Positions 1 through 9,306 of a DNA stretch of 64,000 nt are shown here, in pieces (the first letter of the stretch is position 1; the number at the start of each line of letters is the position of its first letter). The position numbers and the translations under genes were made by a program. Source of the DNA: an uncultured delta proteobacterium (lineage in GTDB: Bacteria; Myxococcota_A; Polyangia; Fen-1088); NCBI GenBank assembly GCA_963796685.1, contig CAWCMR010000013.1, positions 608,001 through 672,000 on the forward strand, written 5' to 3'. The notes beneath the pieces are model-generated. The model searched no databases. It worked only from the letters and a program-made list of their open reading frames with translations, and was not told the DNA's origin.

Positions 1-2
1 TG

Positions 3-494
3 CAAGAGCACTTCCCGGTCGTCTACCGAGGCAAGCAGGGCCGGGTCGCCCACGAGTGCATCGTCGATCTACGACCGCTCAAGAAATCCGCGGGGGTCGA
101 GGCCGAGGACGTGGCCAAGCGCCTCATGGACTACGGGTTCCACGCCCCGACCATGTCCTTCCCGATCCCCGGCACGCTGATGATCGAGCCCACGGAAAGC
201 GAATCCAAGGCCGAGCTCGACCGCTTCTGCGACGCCATGATCGCCATCCGCCAGGAGATCCGCGAGATCGAAACCGAGATGCAACCGCGCGAGGACAACC
301 TGCTCAAGAACGCCCCGCACACGGCCGAGGCGCTGCTGGCCGCGGATTGGTCCCACCCCTACCCGCGCGAGCGCGCGGCCTATCCCCTGCCCTACCTGCG
401 CGGCCACAAGTACTGGCCACCCGTGGGCCGGCTCGACAACGTGCACGGCGACCGCCAGTTCGTTTGCTCGTGCCCTCCGCTTTCCAGCTATTAG
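3..494 (+). CDS. gcvP: Glycine dehydrogenase (decarboxylating) P protein, C-terminal part (5' end outside window)
   Basis: Frame open from base 3: ...[12 protein letters not shown]...[17 protein letters not shown]...[22 protein letters not shown]...[21 protein letters not shown], the characteristic GcvP C-terminus. Confidence 0.96.
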   Translation, partial: QEHFPVVYRGKQGRVAHECIVDLRPLKKSAGVEAEDVAKRLMDYGFHAPTMSFPIPGTLMIEPTESESKAELDRFCDAMIAIRQEIREIETEMQPREDNLLKNAPHTAEALLAADWSHPYPRERAAYPLPYLRGHKYWPPVGRLDNVHGDRQFVCSCPPLSSY

Positions 495-504
495 GCTTGG
501 CGCC

Positions 505-1821
505 ATGGCAAGCACCACCCTGACCTTCGCCTCGCGCGAGGCGCACCGGACCTGGCTGTCCACCCAAGCCATCTTGCCAACCGGGTTCCGCGTTGGCACC
601 ACGCGCCTCGCCTTCGTTCCCGCCGAAGTCCCCAAACCGGCGGCCATGAACCTGACCCTCATCGCGCTCGACAAGCCGACCCCGGACTTCGCCGCGGTCT
701 TTACCCGCAACGCCCTTCCGGGGGCGCCGGTCATCATCGGCCGCCGCCGCCTGGACGAGCCGTCGCTGGGTGCCATCGTGGTCAACAACAAGATCTCGAA
801 CGTGTGCGCGCCCGACGGCGTGGCCACGGCCGAGCTCCTGTGCGCGAGCGTAGCCGACGCGCTCGGCATGGCGGGAAATCAGATTCTGCCCAGCTCCACC
901 GGCGTCATCGGCTGGCGCCTTCCCATCGATAGCATGCTGGCCGCAGTTCCCGCCGCGGCCGCGTCCGTCGGCCAGCGCGGCCTTCTCGACGCCGCCCTTT
1001 CCATCATGACCACCGATCTGTACCCCAAGGTTCGGCGCGCCGGCGTCGGCAAGGGGAGCATCGTCGGTATCGCCAAGGGCGCGGGCATGATCGAGCCCAA
1101 CCTGGCGACCATGCTGGTCTACCTGCTCACCGACCTGGCCGTTCCGCGCGCCAGCCTGCGCCGGTTGCTGCCGCTGGCCGTCGGGCCGAGCTTCAACTGC
1201 ATCAGCATCGACACCGACACCAGCACCTCGGACACCGTGGTGCTGCTCTCCTCGGGTGCCGTGCCCTGCAGCGACGAGGACGCGTTCGCGCGCGCCCTGG
1301 CCACGGTGTGCGCCGATCTCGCCGAGGACGTGGTCCGCAACGGCGAAGGCGTCCGTCACGTGGTGCGCGTTGCCGTGCGTGGAGCGCCCTCGGAGGGCCT
1401 GGCACGCGCCCTGGGCAAGGCGGTCATCAACGCGCCGCTGGTCAAGTGCGCGCTGGCCGGCAACGATCCCAACGTGGGGCGCCTCATCATGGCCATCGGC
1501 AAACACGTCGGCATCCACGCGCCCGAGGTGAATCTGGACCACCTTCGCATCGCGCTCGGGGCCAAGACCATCTTCGCGGGAGGCAGCTTCCAGCTCGACC
1601 CCGCCACGGAAAAGCAGCTGGTCGAGCACCTTCAGGGCGCCGAGCTTTATCGCAGCAAGGCGCCCACGGATGGCGTCTTCCATCCTGCGGTGGATTTCCC
1701 GCCGCACGAGCGTTGCGTGGAGCTGGACATCGACCTCGGTTGCGGAGCGGCCGGAGCCACGGTGCTTGGCGCCGACCTGACCCACGAGTACGTCAGCGAG
1801 AACGCCGACTACCGGAGCTGA
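505..1821 (+). CDS. argJ: Ornithine acetyltransferase / N-acetylglutamate synthase ArgJ
   Basis: SSTGVIG, IMTTD, KGAGMIEPNLATML (autocleavage Thr), DTDTSTSDT, DPNVGR, DLTHEYVSENADYRS. Confidence 0.93.
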   Translation: MASTTLTFASREAHRTWLSTQAILPTGFRVGTTRLAFVPAEVPKPAAMNLTLIALDKPTPDFAAVFTRNALPGAPVIIGRRRLDEPSLGAIVVNNKISNVCAPDGVATAELLCASVADALGMAGNQILPSSTGVIGWRLPIDSMLAAVPAAAASVGQRGLLDAALSIMTTDLYPKVRRAGVGKGSIVGIAKGAGMIEPNLATMLVYLLTDLAVPRASLRRLLPLAVGPSFNCISIDTDTSTSDTVVLLSSGAVPCSDEDAFARALATVCADLAEDVVRNGEGVRHVVRVAVRGAPSEGLARALGKAVINAPLVKCALAGNDPNVGRLIMAIGKHVGIHAPEVNLDHLRIALGAKTIFAGGSFQLDPATEKQLVEHLQGAELYRSKAPTDGVFHPAVDFPPHERCVELDIDLGCGAAGATVLGADLTHEYVSENADYRS

Positions 1822-1884
1822 ACCGGCCGCGCCGAAGCTCCAGATTTTTTTGCAGCGCAGGCGACCGCCGCATAGGCTCACGCC

Positions 1885-2256
1885 ATGCTCCGGATCCTTG
1901 CAAGCAGCTGGTCGAAACGCGCGCTCACGGGCAGCGTGCTCGTTCTGGGCGCGCTCGGCTCCTGCGCCGGAACCCAGATACCCAAGGATCGCATCTCCGA
2001 CCCTGGGCAGGCGCTGTTCAACGGCCAAACCGTCTCCGGCATCGACTGCTACCGGTGCCACAACGGCGACGGCACGGGGACCTGGCGCGGGCCCAATCTC
2101 GCCAAGCGCGTGCCCAAGTTGAGCGACAAAGCCATCGCCATGGCGATCCACGAAGGGCCGGGAATGATGCCTTCCTACGAGGGCAAGATCGGCGACCAGC
2201 AGATTGCGGCCATCACCGCGTGGTTGCGCGGACGATTCCCCGCAGCCAAGCCCTGA
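1885..2256 (+). CDS. Monoheme c-type cytochrome lipoprotein
   Basis: Lipobox LGSC, CYRCH heme motif, GPNL, MMPSY distal Met ligand region. Confidence 0.85.
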   Translation: MLRILASSWSKRALTGSVLVLGALGSCAGTQIPKDRISDPGQALFNGQTVSGIDCYRCHNGDGTGTWRGPNLAKRVPKLSDKAIAMAIHEGPGMMPSYEGKIGDQQIAAITAWLRGRFPAAKP

Positions 2257-3096
2257 CTACTGCCCCGGCACGAGCTGACCGCCGGCGACCAGGAGGTACA
2301 GCCTGCGCAGGGTGCCCTGGAAGTAGGGTGTGTCGTCCATACCGGTCGCGTTCATCCATGCGCTGACATAGCTGTCGATCTTGGCCTGGCTGATGGCGAC
2401 TCCGACGTCGGCAAAGGCGCCGACGAAGGCGCTGTTGTTGGCGTAGCCGGTCTTGGTCACGCCGCCCTTGCCATCGACAAAGGTGCCGACCTTCTCCAGG
2501 AAAGTCTTCGCCTCGGGCGTGCAGAACCACATGTAGTCCATGGCCACGCGCCAGGGCGTGCGACAGGCGTTGTAGTCGTACGTGCTGGACTCGACGCGCC
2601 CGTCGTTGAAGCCCCACTCGGGCACCAGCCCATTCATCGTCGCCTGATACTGGGCCAGCAAGGTGTAGGAGTCCGCGGCCAGCTGCTTCCAGAAGGCGGC
2701 GTTGGCGGTGTCGATGTCGGCGAAGAAACGGTAGTAGCCGGGCGAGAAGTACGACGGGTTGACCTTGCCCTTGTTGTTCTGGTCGCTGCACCCGCCCCAG
2801 TTGTCACCGGGCCTGAGCACGACAAGACCATTCGAGCACGAGTCGGTCTCGAACTTCTTGATCTTGCCGATGAGCTCCAGCGCCTTGCTGGTGTAGCCCC
2901 CCCACTTCTTATCCGCCAGCACGAGCCCCATGGCCGAGTCCAAATCGCCGTCGCTGGCCGCGTTGGCGTTGTTGTTGCCCGGGGCCGCACAGGCGTCCAT
3001 CGACCAGTTCATGAGGCCGTTCGTGTCATAGTGGTCGGTGTAGAATTTCCACAGCTCGTCGAGGAGTGCCTGGTCGTCGTTGCTCGCGGCCAGTAG
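2257..3096 (-). pseudogene. Glycoside hydrolase family 8 (endoglucanase/xylanase), 5'-truncated
   Basis: ASDGDLD, VNPSYFSPGYY, YNACRTPWR motifs. The frame continues upstream of the listed ATG as LLAASNDDQALLDELWKFYTDHYDTNGLMNW, then loses similarity at about 3097 before the expected SEG..YGM catalytic segment and signal peptide. Confidence 0.8.
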
Positions 3097-3755
3097 CCAC
3101 CGGGAATTTGGCCGAGACCAACGAGCGCGTGGTGGTCAGCTTCGGGCCCGAGCACGGGGCGCTGGAGCAGCGCCAGGTCGAGATGGCCATGCGCGAGGCG
3201 GGCGAGCTGTTCCCGCGGCCCAAGATGATCGTCTTCACCGCGTTCGTGTTCGATCCCGAGGCGGCCAAGGACATCGACCAGACCAAGGGCATCGTGGCCT
3301 TGAAGGCGCAGATGAACACGGATCTGTTGACCGAGGACTTGAAGAAGGCGCGGTCGAGCAACCAGAGCTTCTGGCTGATGGGCCAGCCCGACGTGGAGGT
3401 GCGCCAGCGCAAGGACGGCCTTTACGAGGTCGAGGTGCACGGGTTCGATTACTTCGACACGGCCAAGGGCGATCTGGTGTCCGGCGGCAAGAGCAAGATC
3501 GCGCTGTGGCTGCTGGATACGGACTACGACGAGCGCTCGCTGTTTCCGCGCCAGGTGTTTTTCCCCATGGCGGGCGCGAAGGACGGGTGGTTCAAGTTGC
3601 GCAAGGACATCCGCGCCGAGCTGGATGAATCGCGTTTGGGCGAATTCCACGGCACGGTGTCGCTGCCTTTTGCGGCGGGCGAGAATCGCAAGGTGGCGGT
3701 CAAGGTGGTGGACGACCGGGGCATCGAATCCCTGAAGATCCTGCGGCTCGGTTGA
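3096..3755 (+). pseudogene. Type III R-M Mod (DNA methyltransferase) C-terminal fragment; catalytic domain absent
   Basis: SFGPEHGALEQRQV, AQMNTDLLTEDLKK, SNQSFWLMGQPD, VEVHGFDYFD, WLLDTDYD.RSLFPRQVFFP, KVAVKVVDDRGIES resemble the C-terminus of long type III Mod proteins. No DPPY or FxGxG motifs. Stop overlaps/abuts res. Confidence 0.8.
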
Positions 3756-3757
3756 CC

Positions 3758-6568
3758 ATGGCGAATTCGCTGATCCTGAATTCACCCTACGATCCGCCCA
3801 CCCTGCACTGGCGCGAGGAGCGGGGCACGCTTTCCTTGGCGCATGGCCGGCGGCCGGCGGGGTATGAAATCTTCGACACGCGCCAGAACACGAGGCGGAC
3901 CCAAACCCTGGATCTGGTGAACCGGATCCGCGAACGAGTAGACGCCTGGCGGCTGGCGGAGTTTCCGGGCGTGACCTCGGTGACGCGCGGGCTGCTCGAC
4001 CACTGGCGGGATCGCAGCACGCGCGACTTCCCCTTCTACTTCTGCCAGCACGAGGCCATCGAGACGCTGATCTGGTGGGTCGAGGCGCCGGCGGATTTCA
4101 AGCAAGGGATTCATGTGCCGGGCGATGGCGGGGCCTGGCAGCGGCTGTGCTCGAAGATGGCCACGGGCACAGGCAAGACCCTGGTCATGGGCATGATCGT
4201 GGCCTGGCAGACGCTGAATGCCGTCACCTATCCCAAGGAGCGCGGGCGGTTCTCGAAGGACATCTTCGTGGTGGCGCCCGGGCTGACGGTGAAAGAGCGC
4301 TTGCAGGTGCTCTATCCGGGCAATCCCGGAAACGTCTACGACGAGTTCAACCTGTGTCCGTCCGAGGCCACGCGCCAGAAGCTGAACCGGGTGGAGCTGC
4401 TAGTCGAGAACTGGCACACGCTGATGCCGCTGAAGGAAGCGGATCGCAGCGTGGTCAAAAAGGGCGTCGAGAGCGACCACGCCTTCGTGCGCCGGGTGCT
4501 GGGCAAGCTGGCAACGGCCAAGGATCTGGTGATCATCAACGACGAGGCCCACCACGCCTACCGCGTGCCGGCCGACGTGAAGGTCAGCAAGAAGCAGGCG
4601 GAAGAACAGGGCCTGGATCTGGAAGAAGCCACGCGCTGGATCGAAGGACTGGATCGCATCCACAAGGAAATGCGCATCACCCGCTGCTTCGATCTGTCGG
4701 CCACGCCCTTCGCACCCACGGGACGGACCAACACCGAGGAAGGCTTGTTCGACTGGATCGTGTCGGACTTCGGCCTGAACGACGCCATCGAGGCCGGGCT
4801 GGTGAAGACACCACGGGTCGTCGTGCGCGACGGGATCATTCCCGATACCAAGACCCTGCGGCCCAAGCTCTATCACCTGTACCGCGATCCCGAGGTCTCC
4901 GAAGACATCAACCGGCGCGGCGCCGAGCCGCACGAACCCTTGCCGGGTCTGGTCCAGCAGGCGTACACCCTGCTGGGCGCGGACTGGCGCGAGACGGCCA
5001 AGCAGTGGCGCGAGGCGGGCCATGAATCGCCGCCGGTGATCCTAACGGTGTGCAACCGGACCGAGACCGCTGCGCGCATCGAGCACTATTTCGTGAAGGG
5101 CAATGCCCACTGGCCCGAGCTACAGGCCCCGAACCAGACCCTGCGGGTGGATTCCAAGGTGCTGGAAAAGGCCGAGCTGGGCGAGACGGCGGGCACCGAC
5201 AAGGACTACGAGAAGCGGTTGCAGGGGATCGTGGAGGCCGTCCGCATTCCCGAGGAGCGCAAGCAAGAGCTGCGGACCATGAAGAAGGAAGAGCTTCTGC
5301 GCGCCATCGTGGACAACGTGGGTAAGCGCGGCCGGCCCGGCCAGGATCTACAGAACGTTATCTCGGTGGCCATGCTGTCCGAGGGCTGGGACGCCAAGAA
5401 CGTCACGCACATCCTGGGCCTGCGCGCCTTCACCAGCCAGCTGCTGTGCGAGCAGGTCATCGGCCGCGGTCTGCGGCGGGTGGGCCACGACACCGAGCAG
5501 GTAGTTGGGCCCGACGGCGTGGAGCGCGAGCTGTTCCGGCCCGAGTTCGTCAACGTGTTCGGGGTGCCGCTTTCGATCTTCCAGGACGTGGGCGAAGGCG
5601 GCGACGCACCACCGCCGCCGCGCCCGAGCACGCAGATCGAATCGTTGGTCTCGCGCAACCCGCTGGAGATCCGCTGGCCGAACGTAGTGCGCATCGAGAC
5701 GGTGGTGCGGCCGACGTTGGTCGTGGATTGGGACCAGGTCGAGCCGTTGCAGCTCGATCCCGCGCGCATCCCCATCGCGGCCGAGCTGGCGCCAGCCTTG
5801 GGTGGGGCGGCGGATCTGTCCAAGGCCGAGAAGATCGATCTGGAGAAGATCCCCGAGTCCTTCCGGCTGCAAAGGCTGACCTTCATGGCGGCCCAGAAGG
5901 CCTTCGAGTCGCTGGGCAATCGCTTCAAGGGCCGCCGGGAGTACCTGGTGTTCCAGATGATTCGCCTGTCCGAGGAGTTCTTCGCCTCGGACAAGGTTGT
6001 CATCCCCAGCACCTTCCACCGCGATCCCTTGCGCCGCCGCATTCTCATCGCCCTGAGCGTCGACCGTATCGTGCAGCATCTGGTGCGCTTCATGACCGAG
6101 CAAAACCGCGAGCTGGTCGAGCCGGTGTTCGACGAGGAGAACCCCATCGGCAGCACGCGCAACATGCGGACCTGGTACACCACCAAGGTGTGCCACCCGG
6201 CCGTGCGCTCGCAGGTAAGCCACATGGTGGCGGACAGCGCGTGGGAGCAGTTCGCGGCCAACTTGCTGGAAACGAGCCCGCTGGTGGATGCCTACGCCAA
6301 GAACGATCACCTCGGCTTCCAGATTCACTACCTGTGGAACGGTGCCAAACGCCGCTACATCCCCGACTTCCTGATTCGCCTGACCAACGGCAAGACCCTG
6401 GTGCTGGAGATCAAGGGCGAGGACAGCGAACAGAACCGCGCCAAGCTGGCGGCCATGCGCGCGTGGGTGGAGGCGGTCAACGGCAAGGGCGGCTTCGGGC
6501 GGTGGGGCTGCGATGTCGTGTATGAAATGGCGAAGATGCAGGATGTGATCACCGCGCACGGGGAATAG
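3758..6568 (+). CDS. Type III restriction endonuclease Res subunit (SF2 helicase-like ATPase + PD-(D/E)xK nuclease)
   Basis: KMATGTGKT (Walker A), INDEAHH, LSATPF, SVAMLSEGWDA, QVIGRGLRR; C-terminal YIPDFLI...LEIKG nuclease motif. Confidence 0.92.
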   Translation: MANSLILNSPYDPPTLHWREERGTLSLAHGRRPAGYEIFDTRQNTRRTQTLDLVNRIRERVDAWRLAEFPGVTSVTRGLLDHWRDRSTRDFPFYFCQHEAIETLIWWVEAPADFKQGIHVPGDGGAWQRLCSKMATGTGKTLVMGMIVAWQTLNAVTYPKERGRFSKDIFVVAPGLTVKERLQVLYPGNPGNVYDEFNLCPSEATRQKLNRVELLVENWHTLMPLKEADRSVVKKGVESDHAFVRRVLGKLATAKDLVIINDEAHHAYRVPADVKVSKKQAEEQGLDLEEATRWIEGLDRIHKEMRITRCFDLSATPFAPTGRTNTEEGLFDWIVSDFGLNDAIEAGLVKTPRVVVRDGIIPDTKTLRPKLYHLYRDPEVSEDINRRGAEPHEPLPGLVQQAYTLLGADWRETAKQWREAGHESPPVILTVCNRTETAARIEHYFVKGNAHWPELQAPNQTLRVDSKVLEKAELGETAGTDKDYEKRLQGIVEAVRIPEERKQELRTMKKEELLRAIVDNVGKRGRPGQDLQNVISVAMLSEGWDAKNVTHILGLRAFTSQLLCEQVIGRGLRRVGHDTEQVVGPDGVERELFRPEFVNVFGVPLSIFQDVGEGGDAPPPPRPSTQIESLVSRNPLEIRWPNVVRIETVVRPTLVVDWDQVEPLQLDPARIPIAAELAPALGGAADLSKAEKIDLEKIPESFRLQRLTFMAAQKAFESLGNRFKGRREYLVFQMIRLSEEFFASDKVVIPSTFHRDPLRRRILIALSVDRIVQHLVRFMTEQNRELVEPVFDEENPIGSTRNMRTWYTTKVCHPAVRSQVSHMVADSAWEQFAANLLETSPLVDAYAKNDHLGFQIHYLWNGAKRRYIPDFLIRLTNGKTLVLEIKGEDSEQNRAKLAAMRAWVEAVNGKGGFGRWGCDVVYEMAKMQDVITAHGE

Positions 6569-6582
6569 GTGCCGCCCCGAGC

Positions 6583-7116
6583 TCACATCGCCTGGGCAAA
6601 GGCCACCACAACCCCCTCTGGACGAAAGACGGCAAGCTGGGTCGTGCCACGATTGAAAAACTCCGCTATCGATTTCACGTTCCTGCGTGCGGCAAGCAAG
6701 GGCCGATAGTCGAACCTGCCATCACCGGAGGACGGCACAGCATCCTGCAGCCACGTCGAAAGATCTGCCGGCGCGACGCGAACCGCTGCGAAGATCGCCC
6801 AATCGGAGGGCGCGAATCCATTGTCGTGATAGACGACATGGAACTCGCAATCGAGAACGTGGGTCCGAAATTTGAGATACCGACCAAGAAAGCGAATTCT
6901 CTCCTCGGGCGAAGGGAGATCGCGACTCCACGTGTCTGTAGTCAATCTACCACCCATGAATTTCTCCGATGAGATCTCCCGAATTACCCACACGGCAGCC
7001 AAGGCGACTAAAGCCAAGATGCCGGCGCTGATCGCGATAAGCAAGTGCCTATGGAGGGTACGCGACCGCGCGCCATTAGTTGGGCTTTGGATCACTGCGC
7101 CTCCCGCCCATCGCAA
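6583..7116 (-). CDS. Hypothetical membrane-anchored protein (candidate orphan immunity protein)
   Basis: 177-aa ORF with one N-terminal hydrophobic helix (LLIAISAGILALVALAAVWVI); lower GC; last gene of the vgrG-strand array; start uncertain. Confidence 0.55.
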   Translation of the reverse strand: MRWAGGAVIQSPTNGARSRTLHRHLLIAISAGILALVALAAVWVIREISSEKFMGGRLTTDTWSRDLPSPEERIRFLGRYLKFRTHVLDCEFHVVYHDNGFAPSDWAIFAAVRVAPADLSTWLQDAVPSSGDGRFDYRPLLAARRNVKSIAEFFNRGTTQLAVFRPEGVVVAFAQAM

Positions 7117-7212
7117 CGGTGCTGCCAGCGCCAGCAGTGGCAGCGTGGCTGGCCAGGGCCACGCCAGCCCTCGGATGGGAGTGTGCCTGGCAGTTCAGGC
7201 GCGCGTCGCGGA

Positions 7213-8124
7213 TCATCTTCTCAGATACTCCCGATCGACCTCGTCTAGCTTCCCCGACCGTCGAGCCGCAGCGATAGCTTTGGCCAGCTCTGGACTAGGC
7301 CTCTTCAAGAGTGCCTTGGCCGCTTTCGATCCCCGCTCTGCCGCATCGAGGAGCGGTCGCAGGGCAGCGGCAGGACGGTGCAGCGCAAGCTGCGCTTGAT
7401 ACGCGATCTCAGCCTGCTGACGAAACAGACGACCCATCCGCCCATCGGCCTCATGGCCGGCGTCGGCCTCCTCTGGATACGAGTACCAGAGCCGCTTGTT
7501 TGCCAGAGTCTTCAGCGCCCCGGCGGGGGTTCCCTTGGCCAATTGGATGGCTGCCAAAGTTTCCCCCGCCCCGTACACCAACTTGAGGTCTTTGATGGTC
7601 GCGATGGTCTCCGCGGCTGCGTCCGCATCGCCAGATCCCAACTGGGCGTTGGCCAGCGCCACTCGCAGCGGGCCAAATTCAGGAAAGCGCGCCACCAGGG
7701 CGACCACGTGCCCAGGCTCGGGACGAGCGCGGGCATCCACCAGTGCGATTCGAGGCGAGTCAGGAAACCGGTGGACAGCCTCGCCAGTCATCTTGGCCTG
7801 AGACTGCAGGGATCCCTCATCCGTGCTCGCGAAATAGTCCAACAGCATCTCCTCCGCTCGAATCAGCTCATACTGAGCTTCTTCATCGTCGGGGCACCGC
7901 TTGAGCCTCTGCTCGGCTTCGTCCTCAATTTGCTTCAGATTACCATCAGGCTCTTTGACCGCGTCCACCTGGTTCAACTCATTCGAAGCCTGGGTCTGCT
8001 GGGCCAGTCCAGCAACCGGGCATCTACCAGCCGGAAGGCGGAGGGCGTTTGCCTCGCGATGGATGGACATCGCCGCAAGCACCAGACAGGCGATCATGAG
8101 GCTGTGCCGGGAATGACAGGTCAT
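7213..8124 (-). CDS. Exported TPR-like helical protein (candidate immunity to the L,D-transpeptidase tip)
   Basis: Signal peptide ending A-N-A; TPR-like helices (ALANAQLGSGDADAAAETI, LAAIQLAKGTPAGAL, YQAQLALHRPAAAL); ATG overlaps the upstream TGA (ATGA). Confidence 0.7.
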   Translation of the reverse strand: MTCHSRHSLMIACLVLAAMSIHREANALRLPAGRCPVAGLAQQTQASNELNQVDAVKEPDGNLKQIEDEAEQRLKRCPDDEEAQYELIRAEEMLLDYFASTDEGSLQSQAKMTGEAVHRFPDSPRIALVDARARPEPGHVVALVARFPEFGPLRVALANAQLGSGDADAAAETIATIKDLKLVYGAGETLAAIQLAKGTPAGALKTLANKRLWYSYPEEADAGHEADGRMGRLFRQQAEIAYQAQLALHRPAAALRPLLDAAERGSKAAKALLKRPSPELAKAIAAARRSGKLDEVDREYLRR

Positions 8125-8339
8125 GGCGGGCCCTTCTCCCCGTAACCCTTCACCTCGAAGTAGGCTCCCTGCTTGAGGTAGCCCTTCCTCATCATCTCAT
8201 CCCGGTCCTTGGGATGAAGGTGGATGCACCCATGCGAGTTCACGAGTGGGATATCCTTGCTCCCGAAATGCCAAGCGAGTTCGTCGTCCGGAGTCGTATG
8301 AATGTAACAAGCCTTCCATGCCCACCCACCGAATTCGAA
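8121..8339 (-). pseudogene. Start-less C-terminal fragment of an L,D-transpeptidase (YkuD-fold) effector
   Basis: Hand translation, not in ORF track: FEFGGWAWKACYIHTTPDDELAWHFGSKDIPLVNSHGCIHLHPKDRDEMMRKGYLKQGAYFEVKGYGEKGPP*, containing H...SHGC. Confidence 0.75.
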
Positions 8340-9267
8340 TCAGAAGATACGGTGCTGCTGCTCCTTCTTCGAAACGATTTCAGCTTGCATGATCTGCGAG
8401 CCTCGCGCATCCATCAGAGGTGTGTCAAGTACCAGCCAGACATCGTATTTGCCCTTGGGTAGAACCAAGGCAGCCACGAACTTGAACGTGAGATCCCGAT
8501 GCGGCGCGATTGCAATGATTGGAGATGGGACGAGCGATGGACTCGTGCCAACGAGCTGAGTCTTGGTGAGATCCACGAACTGTTGATGTTCGTTCCGGAG
8601 GCTCCGAGAGTGCGACGTCGTTCCTCCTGGCGATGACCTGGATGGACACCGAGCCGTCTGCCCAGAAATCCGGATGGGGAATGGTGACAGTATCGAGACC
8701 AACGTTGACAACCTTCAGGGCAACCTCGACGTGGCCTGTTCCATCCAGGCGAAGGGTCGTTTGAGCTGAAAGTGCTGCCTTGGGATGCTGTCGCAGTGCC
8801 CTCGCCACCGCGATAGCAGCCGCCTCGGCAGCCAAGAAAGGTTGATCGGGCGGAGAGCTCTCGGTCGCAAGACGTGTCTCTTGTGGGCCTGAATCGAGTG
8901 CGATGGTCAGTTTGCGAATCTCTTCGCCCGGGATGGCTGGCCCGATCGCCGGGTTTGGGCTGTGAACCAGCCGCCGAGCCGCTTGCATGAGCGCATCGGC
9001 CTCGGCAGCCGGTGGCATAGCCAGGAATGTACCCACCGGCTCAGGTCCCGGATTGTCCGCATTGCTTCCGACCGCCAACCTTGCAGGGTCTGCAAGAGAG
9101 ACGGTCAGCAGCGTTGGATGAGCATCGCTGGCGCGATTTGACCAATATTCAATGTTGTACCCCATCATATTTCCTTTCGGTGTACTGCGGTTTCCGCAGC
9201 GGCAGGCGGGTACGCAGAGCACGACTACAAGGAGTCTGAAAAACGCGCGCGCCCTGTTCGTTGGCAT
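8340..9267 (-). CDS. Lipoprotein, candidate cognate immunity protein of the VgrG toxin (+1 frameshift at about 8600)
   Basis: Lipobox-like LCVPAC. ORFs 8425..9267 and 8340..8711 join as ...RRNDVALSE|LRNEHQQF... if one C is removed from GAGCCTC; lies 39 bp downstream of vgrG. Confidence 0.65.
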
Positions 9268-9306
9268 GTGATCTCGTGGTTTCCAGGTCTTTTGGTCCGC
9301 ACGGGT

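Noticed and set aside
7075-7212. attC-like site between the two distal array genes
   Set aside because: GCCCAAC/GTT-type boxes are present but do not form complementary R''/R' ends with correct geometry; no integron integrase in the window.
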